Positions 9,382-18,207 of a stretch of DNA of 64,000 nt are shown here, one piece after another. Under the pieces are notes generated by a model, which had not been told where the DNA came from, ran no database searches, and saw only the letters and a program-made list of their open reading frames with translations. The stretch spans positions 11,881 through 75,880 of the forward strand of contig JBAZZY010000010.1 of NCBI GenBank assembly GCA_041658565.1, read 5' to 3'. Made by a program: the position numbers and the translations under genes. The first letter of the stretch is position 1. Each line of letters begins with the position of its first letter. This stretch comes from Actinomycetota bacterium (GTDB lineage Bacteria; Actinomycetota; AC-67).

Positions 9382-10569
9382 GTGACCATGATCGAGCGGT
9401 CGCAGTGGCTGGCGGAGTTGAAGGCCGCTCTGCGGCGAAGCCGAGTTGTTGCCCTCATCGGCCCACGTCAGTCCGGCAAGACCACCCTTGCGCGCGCCCT
9501 CGTATCACCCGACTCTCCGAACTACTTCGATTTGGAGGATCCCCGCAGTCTCGCGCGTCTCAACGAACCGATGACCGCCCTCGCACCGCTCAAGGGAACA
9601 GTCGTCATCGACGAGATCCAGCGACGGCCGGAGTTGTTCCCCGTACTGCGCGTACTTGCCGACCGACACCCACTCCCTGCGCGGGTTCTCATTCTCGGCA
9701 GCGCAAGTCCTCCGCTGCTTCGCCAGTCCTCGGAAACGCTCGCCGGACGCCTCGAGACACTGACGCTCGCGGGGTTCGCGCTGGAGGAACTCGGCGCGGG
9801 GGTCCTTCGCAAACACTGGAGGCGAGGAGCATTTCCCCCCGCATACCTCGCTCGTTCCGAAAAGGCGAGCCTGATCTGGCGCGAGCAGTTCATCCACACC
9901 TTCCTCGAGCGCGACGTCCCGCAACTCGGCATCACCATCCCCTCGGCCACGCTTCATCGGTTCTGGACGATGCTGGCGCACTACCACGGAGGGGTCTGGA
10001 ACGCAGCAGCCTTTGCTCGCTCCCTCGGAGTCGCCGAGCCCACAGCGCGACGCTACCTGGATCTCCTCTCCGGGCTGTTCATGGTGCGGCAACTTCAGCC
10101 CTGGCACGAGAACTTGAAGAAGCGCCAGGTCAAGTCGCCGAAGGTGTACGTGCGCGATAGCGGTCTGCTTCACGCTCTCCTCGGTCTGACGACCGAGCAT
10201 GACGTCATGATGCATCCGAAGGTCGGTGCCTCATGGGAAGGCTACGCCCTCGAAGAGACGCTGAAAGCCGTGCGACCGGAGGCCGCCCACTTCTGGGCCA
10301 CACACACAGGCGCCGAACTCGATCTTCTGCTGGTCAAGAACGGAAGGCGCTACGGCGTGGAGTTCAAGCTCCAGGATGCCCCCCGCGTGACGCCCTCGAT
10401 GCGGATCGCGATCAGCGATCTTCAGCTGACTCGGCTGACGGTGCTGTACCCGGGAGACCAGTCCTACGAGCTCGATTCTCGCATCGCCGTTGTCCCTCTT
10501 GCGCATCTGGCAACGGCCGGAGCCGCCGCGGTGACGAAGAAACCGACACCGCGCAAAGCGGCGACCTGA
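9382..10569 (+). CDS. AAA+ ATPase of the COG1373 / AAA_14-DUF4143 family
   Basis: Walker A GPRQSGKTT, Walker B VVIDEIQ, and a C-terminal DUF4143-like region. The upstream region is unusually AT-rich for this genome. Confidence 0.75.
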   Translation: MTMIERSQWLAELKAALRRSRVVALIGPRQSGKTTLARALVSPDSPNYFDLEDPRSLARLNEPMTALAPLKGTVVIDEIQRRPELFPVLRVLADRHPLPARVLILGSASPPLLRQSSETLAGRLETLTLAGFALEELGAGVLRKHWRRGAFPPAYLARSEKASLIWREQFIHTFLERDVPQLGITIPSATLHRFWTMLAHYHGGVWNAAAFARSLGVAEPTARRYLDLLSGLFMVRQLQPWHENLKKRQVKSPKVYVRDSGLLHALLGLTTEHDVMMHPKVGASWEGYALEETLKAVRPEAAHFWATHTGAELDLLLVKNGRRYGVEFKLQDAPRVTPSMRIAISDLQLTRLTVLYPGDQSYELDSRIAVVPLAHLATAGAAAVTKKPTPRKAAT

Positions 10570-10600
10570 CCCCACCGGACCCCTGGCAACAGGGTGGTTT

Positions 10601-11698
10601 CTAGCAGCTGCCTTCGTAGTGGAGATTGTGCTGTTGCTGAACGCCGATCCCCACCCCGACTCCCCCAACCCCGACGAAGTAGGGAACACGGCTCTCGTTG
10701 TTGGCTCGGTTGGGGTCGCTGCCCGAGAAGACTGACGCGTGAACCCAGACGTCTCCAACGACCCCAACGGCGTTCCAGACGAAATCGCATCGCCGGGCAC
10801 CACCTGGATCCAACGCAACGGACACCTCGGCAAGGTCAACGCGGTAGTCCGAATCCGGCTGCGTGACCCACACCCTTAGTCGCGCCTCATCCGGTCCCGT
10901 CCCACGATTTGAAACGTCCACGTGGATTCGCCGACTCAACCCTGTTCCAACCGGCAGAGACATCACCCCGGTTCGGAGAACCTCCTCCTTCACAACCACG
11001 CGATCCACTCCGAAATCCGGCCACGGGACGGCAATCATGACAATGTCGATGTTGCCCGTCTCTTCCCCGAGGGCTACGTGTACGGGTGTCGCTCGAACAG
11101 CGGACGTCTCCCCCTCGTACCACTGGTCGTAGTGGGCGTAGTCGTAGCAGTCATAGAAGTAGACCGTGTATTCGCCGGCAGGAAGACCCCCGATCTCGTA
11201 TCCGCCGCCGGTGTCGGTAAACGTGACGCCGCCCATGGGCTTCCCGTCCATTGAGAAGACGTGCACGCAGATGGCTTGCAGGGCAGAACCGATCTGATCG
11301 ACGACCTCGCCCGATATCGATCCGCCGAACACCATTTGGGCATCGACACGGACTCCACCACCGGCGGGCACCGAGACGGGATCGGCAAAACCGCGGCTGG
11401 GCTTGCCCGAACCCCATTCCTCCAGATAGCGCGTGTAGTACCGACAGTCCGTGAACTGGACCTTGTATGTCCCCGGATCGACGTCCTTGAGCACATACCA
11501 GCCCCTATCGTCTGTCCAGGCCTGATAGGTCGGAACTGTCGCATCGTCGGCCCACGCCGACACGCAAATGTCCTTCAGCGCACCGACTTTGCCGGTGACG
11601 CCGCCATAGATGTTCCCAACGTCCTGCGCGCGCGCAGGGAGAGCGACGGTCAGCGCAAGCAGTGCGACGGTCGCTCCAATACGGAATCCCTTGGTCAT
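10601..11698 (-). CDS. Secreted protein with two internally duplicated beta-sandwich (carboxypeptidase-regulatory/Cna-B-like) domains
   Basis: Signal peptide MTKGFRIGATVALLALTVALPARA. Internal repeat GTYKVQFTDCRYYTRYLEEW vs GEYTVYFYDCYDYAHYDQWYEG. Confidence 0.55.
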   Translation of the reverse strand: MTKGFRIGATVALLALTVALPARAQDVGNIYGGVTGKVGALKDICVSAWADDATVPTYQAWTDDRGWYVLKDVDPGTYKVQFTDCRYYTRYLEEWGSGKPSRGFADPVSVPAGGGVRVDAQMVFGGSISGEVVDQIGSALQAICVHVFSMDGKPMGGVTFTDTGGGYEIGGLPAGEYTVYFYDCYDYAHYDQWYEGETSAVRATPVHVALGEETGNIDIVMIAVPWPDFGVDRVVVKEEVLRTGVMSLPVGTGLSRRIHVDVSNRGTGPDEARLRVWVTQPDSDYRVDLAEVSVALDPGGARRCDFVWNAVGVVGDVWVHASVFSGSDPNRANNESRVPYFVGVGGVGVGIGVQQQHNLHYEGSC

Positions 11699-11829
11699 GC
11701 TCTCTTTCTTCGCCGATCGAACCCCGAAACCCTGCTATCTCCCATGCGACGTCCCATCAAACCCGCGGGGAACTCTACGGGCTCTCGACCCGCGGGCGCC
11801 GGCCTAATTGGCAGACAAGAAACTCGTCC

Positions 11830-11938
11830 TGTTCGTCGCGCGATTGGAGCTCAAACCGCAACTGGACGCAATGACGGTGACGAGCGCGCCACCGACCATT
11901 ACGCCGATCCGATTCCGGAGACCCCCCACGGCCGACAG
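11830..11938 (-). pseudogene. Degenerate duplicate of the 5' end (signal-peptide region) of the beta-propeller lipoprotein gene at 12890..14152
   Basis: About 109 bp, ~93% identical to 14013..14121. Minus-strand translation …VGGLRNRIGVMVGGALVTVIASSCGLSSNRATN then stop, versus the intact gene's GGLRNRIGVMVGGALVAVIASGCGLSFNRATNS. Confidence 0.7.
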
Positions 11939-12048
11939 TTTAGATCTTCCCATCACGTACGCCGCAGACCTGCTTTGTTCTTACCTTGCGGCGAGCCGAA
12001 TGCTGTTGCCCCCGCCCGCCGAAGCGCTGATACCGGCCGCAATGGCGC

Positions 12049-12738
12049 TCAAGCCCCGTTCTTGGCTGGTCTGGTCCGGTGCGCGCGCCCGCGGCCTCGA
12101 GGGCTACTAACGAGCACCGCCGGACCCTCTTCGTGGCCCACATAGGGAACGGCGCTTTCCTGAACGATGCGCGCGACCTCGACCCGCTCCCGATCGCGCT
12201 CCAGGCGCGCGGCCATGCGACGCACTTCGAGAGCTCCGTTGACGGCCGCCAGGAAATCGGCTCCTTTGCCGGCCGGGAGTCCCTCACCGAGCGACGCGGC
12301 GAACCAACGAGTCACGTCGGACCACCGCCAAATGCGCCCTCGGGACTTGAGGTGCGATATCGGGGACGGGAACCCACCCGGGCCGCGCTCGCCGGCTATC
12401 AGAAGTCGTACGCTCTCGCGGGTCCGGCCGGTTCGCTCGGCGATGTCCGCAGCCGTCACGAGATCCTCAGGCTCCACCCGGATCACTCGCAGACCGGGAA
12501 CGGCCGACTCGACTGCCCGCTTCGCCGATCCGACGGCTTCGGCCAACGAGCGAGACCGCCGCGTGAAATCGGCGTACTGGCATCCGTCCACTTCCCCGAA
12601 CGTTGCGTCACCGCAACCGGCATCAAAGAGAGCGTCAACCGCCGCGTCACTGAGCGCGTCCGCGCCCTCCAAAACCAAGGTGAACTCGTAGGTGGCCATC
12701 TCGCTATCTCCTGCCCGCCGCGACGCATCGTGCTTCAC
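12049..12738 (-). CDS. Hypothetical protein with putative helix-turn-helix (likely start MATYEF… near 12699)
   Basis: HTH-like segment TAADIAERTGRTRESVRLLIAG. No family recognised. The 3' end reads antisense through the permease-fragment repeat. Confidence 0.4.
   Translation of the reverse strand: MKHDASRRAGDSEMATYEFTLVLEGADALSDAAVDALFDAGCGDATFGEVDGCQYADFTRRSRSLAEAVGSAKRAVESAVPGLRVIRVEPEDLVTAADIAERTGRTRESVRLLIAGERGPGGFPSPISHLKSRGRIWRWSDVTRWFAASLGEGLPAGKGADFLAAVNGALEVRRMAARLERDRERVEVARIVQESAVPYVGHEEGPAVLVSSPRGRGRAHRTRPAKNGA
12064..12110 (+). repeat. Degenerate duplicate of the 3' end of the ABC-2 permease gene (16606..16661)
   Basis: …ggtctggtccgg[11-bp indel]tgcgcgcgcccgcggcctcgagggctactaa versus …gcgcgcgcccgcggcctcgaaggctactag. 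Encodes …ARARGLEGY*. Confidence 0.65.
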
Positions 12739-12889
12739 CCCAGCGATGTCCCGAAGCGCGCGGACTCACCCACCAGCCGCGCGACTCCGCAAACCGCAAA
12801 GCCGCCTCAACCTCCTTCTTGGGATGGCGCGCGCGCACCCGATCATCGCTCGCCCGTTGGCACTTGTCAACGGCTCGGCGCGGGCCCGT

Positions 12890-14152
12890 CTAACGCGTCG
12901 ACAGGAAGTACGACCTCTGCACCCAAGGAAGCGAGAGGCTCTTCCTGGTGCCGGTCGTCAGATCAACTCGGAAAACGGGCCCGATGGCGGCCCACGGAGT
13001 CTCCCAGCAATCATCGACATTGCATGGACGGGTCTTCGTCAGCACCAGTTCGTCGTTCGACACCCACATCGCATCAACCGCATCATCGGCGACCTTCCGC
13101 TCGGTTCCGACCGCAAGATCGAAAACGTACGCTGCGGGGTGCTTGCCGGACGTGTCGTACGCCAAACGAGTCCCGTCGGGTGAGACCGAGGGCCGCATGG
13201 CGTCGTGACGGACCGCCAGAGTCTGCCTCGACCCAGTCACCGGATCGAACGAATACCACACGCGGCGGGAGTCCAGCTCGGGGGTGGCAAGCTTGTACGA
13301 GTCGCGATAGGTGCTTCGGTAGTAGATCCGGGATCCGTCTGGCGACCACGTGGCAAACGTGCCCTCCCCGGGCGGAGCAACATCGCTGCCGTCCGGTCGA
13401 ACGACGAACATCGTGACCCCGGTGAGCCCGTCGTCGGAGTAGAGAATCTCCTGGACGAGAAGCATCCGCCCATCCGGCGACCAAGATGCTTCCGCATCCT
13501 CGTCCTCTGCCGACTCGCGCAGGGCAGCGTCTCCGAGAGCACCTAGCCGGTGCACCTTGCCGGTCGCACGGCAGTAGTGCATCGCCGTCAGCGCTACCGA
13601 GGACACGTCAACTTCCTGAGACTGAGACCGCGTGAGACTCAGTGCCGACCCGGTGGGATCCCACGCGCCGGGGGTGAAATCCCCTTCGAGCAGGACACGG
13701 CTCTTCCCGGTCCGCAGATCAATCTCTATAACCCGGGATTCGTCATAATCGCCCAGCCCGTAGCTGATCGTTTCCGGACCGGAGAAGTCGGCACCATTGA
13801 CAGCGTGCTTCCCACCTCGCACCAGGCGCCGAGACTTGTCGGTCTTCATGTCGTAGATCCAGAGGTCGTTCGCATAGCCCACGCCGGTGGGCCGCGCAAA
13901 GAGGATCCGCTCGACGCCGCCGGGCGGACGGTCGATGGCAGCGCCGGGGACGACCGGACAGGGACCCACCGACGCTGCCGCGGATGGCGCAGGACTCGAA
14001 GACCCGATGGCGCTGTTCGTCGCGCGATTGAAACTCAAACCGCAACCGGATGCAATGACGGCGACGAGCGCGCCACCGACCATTACGCCGATCCGATTCC
14101 GGAGACCCCCCACGGTCGGAAGTATAGGGCGGCTCCCGGGGGCGCTCATCAT
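12890..14152 (-). CDS. Lipoprotein with TolB-like (PD40/WD40-like) beta-propeller repeats
   Basis: Lipobox-like VAVIASGCG after a positively charged n-region. Repeated SPDGxxL motifs (WSPDGRMLLV, WSPDGSRIYY, VSPDGTRLAY). Start uncertain (14152 or 14083). Confidence 0.7.
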   Translation of the reverse strand: MMSAPGSRPILPTVGGLRNRIGVMVGGALVAVIASGCGLSFNRATNSAIGSSSPAPSAAASVGPCPVVPGAAIDRPPGGVERILFARPTGVGYANDLWIYDMKTDKSRRLVRGGKHAVNGADFSGPETISYGLGDYDESRVIEIDLRTGKSRVLLEGDFTPGAWDPTGSALSLTRSQSQEVDVSSVALTAMHYCRATGKVHRLGALGDAALRESAEDEDAEASWSPDGRMLLVQEILYSDDGLTGVTMFVVRPDGSDVAPPGEGTFATWSPDGSRIYYRSTYRDSYKLATPELDSRRVWYSFDPVTGSRQTLAVRHDAMRPSVSPDGTRLAYDTSGKHPAAYVFDLAVGTERKVADDAVDAMWVSNDELVLTKTRPCNVDDCWETPWAAIGPVFRVDLTTGTRKSLSLPWVQRSYFLSTR

Positions 14153-14287
14153 CGGCGTGCACTGAGGACGGACGACGCATTGAAGTTCCACACTCGTCGG
14201 CACCGTGCCTCTATTTCTGGAGATGCTCCGCAGCGACAGAGGTAGGCTCTGCTCGGCCGTACGCAAGTCGAAGCGCTGGGATCAGCA

Positions 14288-15076
14288 ATGATCGCGTGTG
14301 AGAGTGTCTCAAAGACGTACCGGATCCGAGACCGCCTCGGGTGGTTCCGGCGCGGTCCAGCGCGCGCCATCCCGGCGCTGCACGAGGTCTCGCTCAGCAT
14401 CGAGCAAGGTGAGATCGTCGGGCTGCTCGGCCCGAACGGCGCCGGCAAGACCACCTTGCTGAAGATCTTGTGCACGCTGGTGCTTCCAGACGCCGGGCGC
14501 GCGCACGTCGGCGGCTTCGATGTCGCATGCGACGCGCGCGCGGCGCGCATGGCGATCGGGTTCGTTCCGGCGAGCGATCGCAGTCTGCACTGGAAGCTCA
14601 CGGCCCGCGAGAACCTCGCGCTCTACGGCGGGCTCTACAACCTGTCCCGCTCCACCGTGCGCTCACGTTCGCATGGGACCCTAGCGAACGTCGGCCTCGC
14701 GGACTTCGTCGACGTCCCTGTCGAGAAGTTCTCAACCGGGATGCGCAAGCGCCTCATGCTCGCGCGCGCCTTGCTGCACAACCCGGCTGTGCTCCTTCTG
14801 GACGAACCGGGAAGCGGCCTGGACGTGCTCGGTAAGCGCGAGATGTGGACATCGCTGCGGCAAGCGGCCGCCGAGCACGGCGTCACCACGCTCATTGCGA
14901 CGCACGACATGGAAGAGGCCGAAGTACTTCCCGAGCGACTGCTGCTCATCGATCGCGGAACTTTGCGCGCGGACGGGACGGCCACCGATCTGCGCCGGCG
15001 CGCAGGGCGGGAAGATCAAAGCCTCGGCGACGCATTCCTCGCTCTCACCGGAAGCTCACTTGAGGACTCCGAATGA
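14288..15076 (+). CDS. ABC transporter ATP-binding protein (ABC-2/DrrA-like)
   Basis: Walker A GPNGAGKTT, signature FSTGMRKRLMLARAL, Walker B LLLDEPGSGLD. Confidence 0.85.
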   Translation: MIACESVSKTYRIRDRLGWFRRGPARAIPALHEVSLSIEQGEIVGLLGPNGAGKTTLLKILCTLVLPDAGRAHVGGFDVACDARAARMAIGFVPASDRSLHWKLTARENLALYGGLYNLSRSTVRSRSHGTLANVGLADFVDVPVEKFSTGMRKRLMLARALLHNPAVLLLDEPGSGLDVLGKREMWTSLRQAAAEHGVTTLIATHDMEEAEVLPERLLLIDRGTLRADGTATDLRRRAGREDQSLGDAFLALTGSSLEDSE

Positions 15077-15831
15077 GAGCTGTGCTTGCCCTGCTGCGCG
15101 CCGAGATGCTGCGCCGGCGCGCGTATCCGCTTCAGATCCTCGGCCTGACGCTCAGCCCCTTTCTTGTCGTCGGCCCGTTCGTGTTCGTCGGGACGATGTT
15201 CCCGGACCCGAAGGTGCGAACATCGGTCGCCGTGGGCACGATCCTTTGGTACTGGCTCTCGATGTTGTTCTGGGGAGTCGGTTTCGGAATCCGCGAAGAG
15301 ATGGAAGAGGGCGTATTCGAGAGCATCGCGGCAACACCGGCGCGCCTCCAGTCGCTGCTGGCCGCCAAGGCGCTGGACGTCCTCGCCGGCAACATCTACT
15401 TGACTGTGTGCACCTTTGCGCTCCTTCGCTGGACGGCGAACGTGACGGTGGCCGTCCCGTGGAGCCGCATCGTGCCGGTAGTGATGGCGGCCGCGTTCGC
15501 GCTTTCGGCGCTCGCCGTGGCTTACGCGGCACTCGTTCTGGCTACCCGGCAGGCTTCTGGGATTGGATCCATGACGCAGCAAGCTCTCGGAGCGCTCTCC
15601 GGCATGACGGCGCCCGTCTCGACGCTCCCGCGCGCCGCCCGATGGGCAAGCGCAGCCGTGCCGCTCACGTACGCAATCCAGGGCGCGCGCGCGGCCCTGG
15701 AAGGACGATGGCCGTGGAGCGAAATAGCCGTCTTGGCGGCCTTCGGAACCGGGATGCTGGTAGTCGGTCTGGCGGTCTTTGCGCACGCCGAGCGGCGCGC
15801 GCGCACTACGGGAACGCTCGGGGAGTATTGA
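15073..15831 (+). CDS. ABC-2 family transporter permease
   Basis: 252 aa, six hydrophobic segments. ATGA overlaps on both sides. Confidence 0.75.
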   Translation: MRAVLALLRAEMLRRRAYPLQILGLTLSPFLVVGPFVFVGTMFPDPKVRTSVAVGTILWYWLSMLFWGVGFGIREEMEEGVFESIAATPARLQSLLAAKALDVLAGNIYLTVCTFALLRWTANVTVAVPWSRIVPVVMAAAFALSALAVAYAALVLATRQASGIGSMTQQALGALSGMTAPVSTLPRAARWASAAVPLTYAIQGARAALEGRWPWSEIAVLAAFGTGMLVVGLAVFAHAERRARTTGTLGEY

Positions 15832-16661
15832 TGGCGGCTTTTGAAGCGACGTTGCGAGGGTCGGCAGCCCTGGCTGCAGCATCGCTTCGCGGACGTTCTC
15901 GCTACCGGCTGGACTACATCACGTCCACCGTCGGTCCACTGCTGTGGGTTATCCCCGCGCTCCTCACGCTTCGCTTTGCTGAAAGCTTGGGAATGGGTGA
16001 TGCGTTCAAGGATGCAACCGGGATCGCGCGTTCGCGCGCGCCGCTTTACTTCCTCGCCGGTGCCGTCTACTGGAACTACGTGGAGGGCGTCTGGAGCCTC
16101 GCCATGAACGTGCGCGGAGCGATGCGCAGCGGAACGCTCGAACCGCTTTGGTGCACGCCGGTCCCGCGCCTCGCGCTGGTTGCCGGCTGGTCGGCGGGAA
16201 CCCTGGCCTCAATCACCCTGCAGTCGGCAATCGCGTTCGCCCTCCTCGCGATCGTGGGTGGAACGCCGCCGGTCGTTTCCTGGGTGGGGGTCGCTGCGCT
16301 GTTGGCGGGATCGGTGCTGGCCGCATACGGCTTCGCGTTCGTGTTGATCGGCCTCACTCTTCGTTTCCGAGATGCCGAATCGATCGTGAGCATGCTCGGG
16401 AACGCCGCTCCGCTTCTCGGGGGCGTCATCTTCCCCGTGGCGCTTCTGCCACTCCCCCTGCGCCTTCTCAGCTATCTCTTCCCATTCACCTACGGCGCAG
16501 ACTTGCTCCGTTCGCTCTTGGCCGGAAGCCGCACACTGCTGCCCGCACACGTCGAGGTGCTGGTCCTGGCCGCCATGGCAGTCGTGCTCCCGGTGCTCGG
16601 CTGGTGGGGTCTGGTCCGGCTCGAGCGCGGTGCGCGCGCCCGCGGCCTCGAAGGCTACTAG
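15831..16661 (+). CDS. ABC-2 family transporter permease (second)
   Basis: About 276 aa, polytopic. Start MAAFEATLRG overlaps the upstream stop (ATGA). C-terminus …RARGLEGY is the copy duplicated at 12064..12110. Confidence 0.75.
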   Translation: MAAFEATLRGSAALAAASLRGRSRYRLDYITSTVGPLLWVIPALLTLRFAESLGMGDAFKDATGIARSRAPLYFLAGAVYWNYVEGVWSLAMNVRGAMRSGTLEPLWCTPVPRLALVAGWSAGTLASITLQSAIAFALLAIVGGTPPVVSWVGVAALLAGSVLAAYGFAFVLIGLTLRFRDAESIVSMLGNAAPLLGGVIFPVALLPLPLRLLSYLFPFTYGADLLRSLLAGSRTLLPAHVEVLVLAAMAVVLPVLGWWGLVRLERGARARGLEGY

Positions 16662-16778
16662 CCGATTGCTCGACCGGTCATCGTTACGCAATGCGCGCGA
16701 ACGACCGGAAAAGCAAGGACCTAACAAATAGCCTTTTCGGGGCATGGAATCGGCTTCGCACCGTGAAGAGAATGAGGC

Positions 16779-18032
16779 ATGACCCAAGGACATAAGGCCT
16801 CACTCGAGCAGGAGATGAGCCTGCTGCTCGAACTCAGTCGCGACGTTTCGAGCACACTTGACCTACAGGCCGTCCTCGACAAGAGCCTTGCGTCGCTGCG
16901 GCGTCTGATCGTGTTCGACGGTGGGTCAATTCAGTTGGTTGTCGACGGCGCCTTGCAGTTGGCCGCCACCGACCCCCCCGCGCCCCCCGAGGCGTACGCA
17001 GTTCGGCTACCGCTCGGCCGCGGACTCGGCGGCCGAATCGCCGTCACTTGCGAACCGCTCTACTGTCCCGACGCGACCGCCGACGCGCGCGCCGACCCCG
17101 AAGGACTCGCCAAGGCGGCGACGGCCGGAATCCGCAGCTACTTCGGTGCACCCCTCATCGAGCACGGAGCAGCGATCGGCCTCGTTCAACTCGATTCGGG
17201 CACCGTCGATGCGTTCCCGGCAAACGCGCGCGCATTCGTACTGGCGTTCCTCCCCACGATCACCGCCGCCGTGCAAAACGCTCGACTGTTCAATCGCGAG
17301 GTCGAAACGCTCAACCTCCTTCGCGAAGCGGAGAACATCAAGAGCGACTTCCTCGCACTCGTGTCGCACGAATTGCGGACCCCGCTCACCGTGGTGATCG
17401 GGATAGCCGACACCCTCGCCGGGCACACGGCGGAGTTCGACGCCGACACGATCAAGGACCTCGCCCGACGGATCGGCCGAAACGGCCAGGTACTGATGCG
17501 CCTGATCGAGGATCTGCTCGACCTGTCCACGATCGAACGTGACGTGATGAACATTGAAGTAACCTCATTGGACGCAGAAGAGTTGATCCGTGAGGTCGCC
17601 GACGGCATCCACGCCGAACGCCCACTGCGCATCCGGATCGCGCCGGGATTGCCGCCGGTCCTGGCGGATGCCGACCGACTGACACAGGTGTTGCGAAACC
17701 TCCTCAGCAACGCGGTGAAGTTCTCACCGCCGGGCACGCCAATCGAGGTACACGCCGAGATGGAAGGCGATCGAGTCGCAGTGAGCGTTACGGATCATGG
17801 CCTCGGCATCCCCAAGGAGTTCCAGGAGCAAGTCTTCCAACGGTTCTTCCAGGTTGAGCGAACGACGACGCGCTCAGTCGGCGGAATAGGCATCGGGTTG
17901 TACCTCGTGCAACATCTATGCAAGCTCATGGGCGCTTCCGTGCGCATCGACAGCTCGCCGGGGCACGGCAGCACCTTCACCGTCGTGCTCGCGGCGGCTG
18001 CCAGCGGGGCCAACGCTCTGCTCGATGCATGA
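16779..18032 (+). CDS. Cytoplasmic sensor histidine kinase (GAF-HisKA-HATPase)
   Basis: GAF-like N-terminus. H-box [14 protein letters not shown]1, G2 boxes (NLLSNAVKFS…DHGLGIP…GGIGIGL). No TM segments. Confidence 0.8.
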   Translation: MTQGHKASLEQEMSLLLELSRDVSSTLDLQAVLDKSLASLRRLIVFDGGSIQLVVDGALQLAATDPPAPPEAYAVRLPLGRGLGGRIAVTCEPLYCPDATADARADPEGLAKAATAGIRSYFGAPLIEHGAAIGLVQLDSGTVDAFPANARAFVLAFLPTITAAVQNARLFNREVETLNLLREAENIKSDFLALVSHELRTPLTVVIGIADTLAGHTAEFDADTIKDLARRIGRNGQVLMRLIEDLLDLSTIERDVMNIEVTSLDAEELIREVADGIHAERPLRIRIAPGLPPVLADADRLTQVLRNLLSNAVKFSPPGTPIEVHAEMEGDRVAVSVTDHGLGIPKEFQEQVFQRFFQVERTTTRSVGGIGIGLYLVQHLCKLMGASVRIDSSPGHGSTFTVVLAAAASGANALLDA

Positions 18033-18207
18033 GCAGCCCTATCGAACCGGCCCGGGCGCCGGGACACCTCGGACGTTTCGCCTACTCCTTCGGCTGCGCG
18101 TCAACCCGATCCGATCATTCGATGACCATCCTGCCCGGAATCACTTCAGCCACGCGCTACGGCGCTCGATGCCTACGAGCGAGATGGGGTAATAGGGGAG
18201 GACTACC

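Noticed and set aside
12079-13416. 445-aa plus-strand ORF
   Set aside because: Arg/Pro-rich shadow frame across the minus-strand HTH gene and lipoprotein gene. No motifs.
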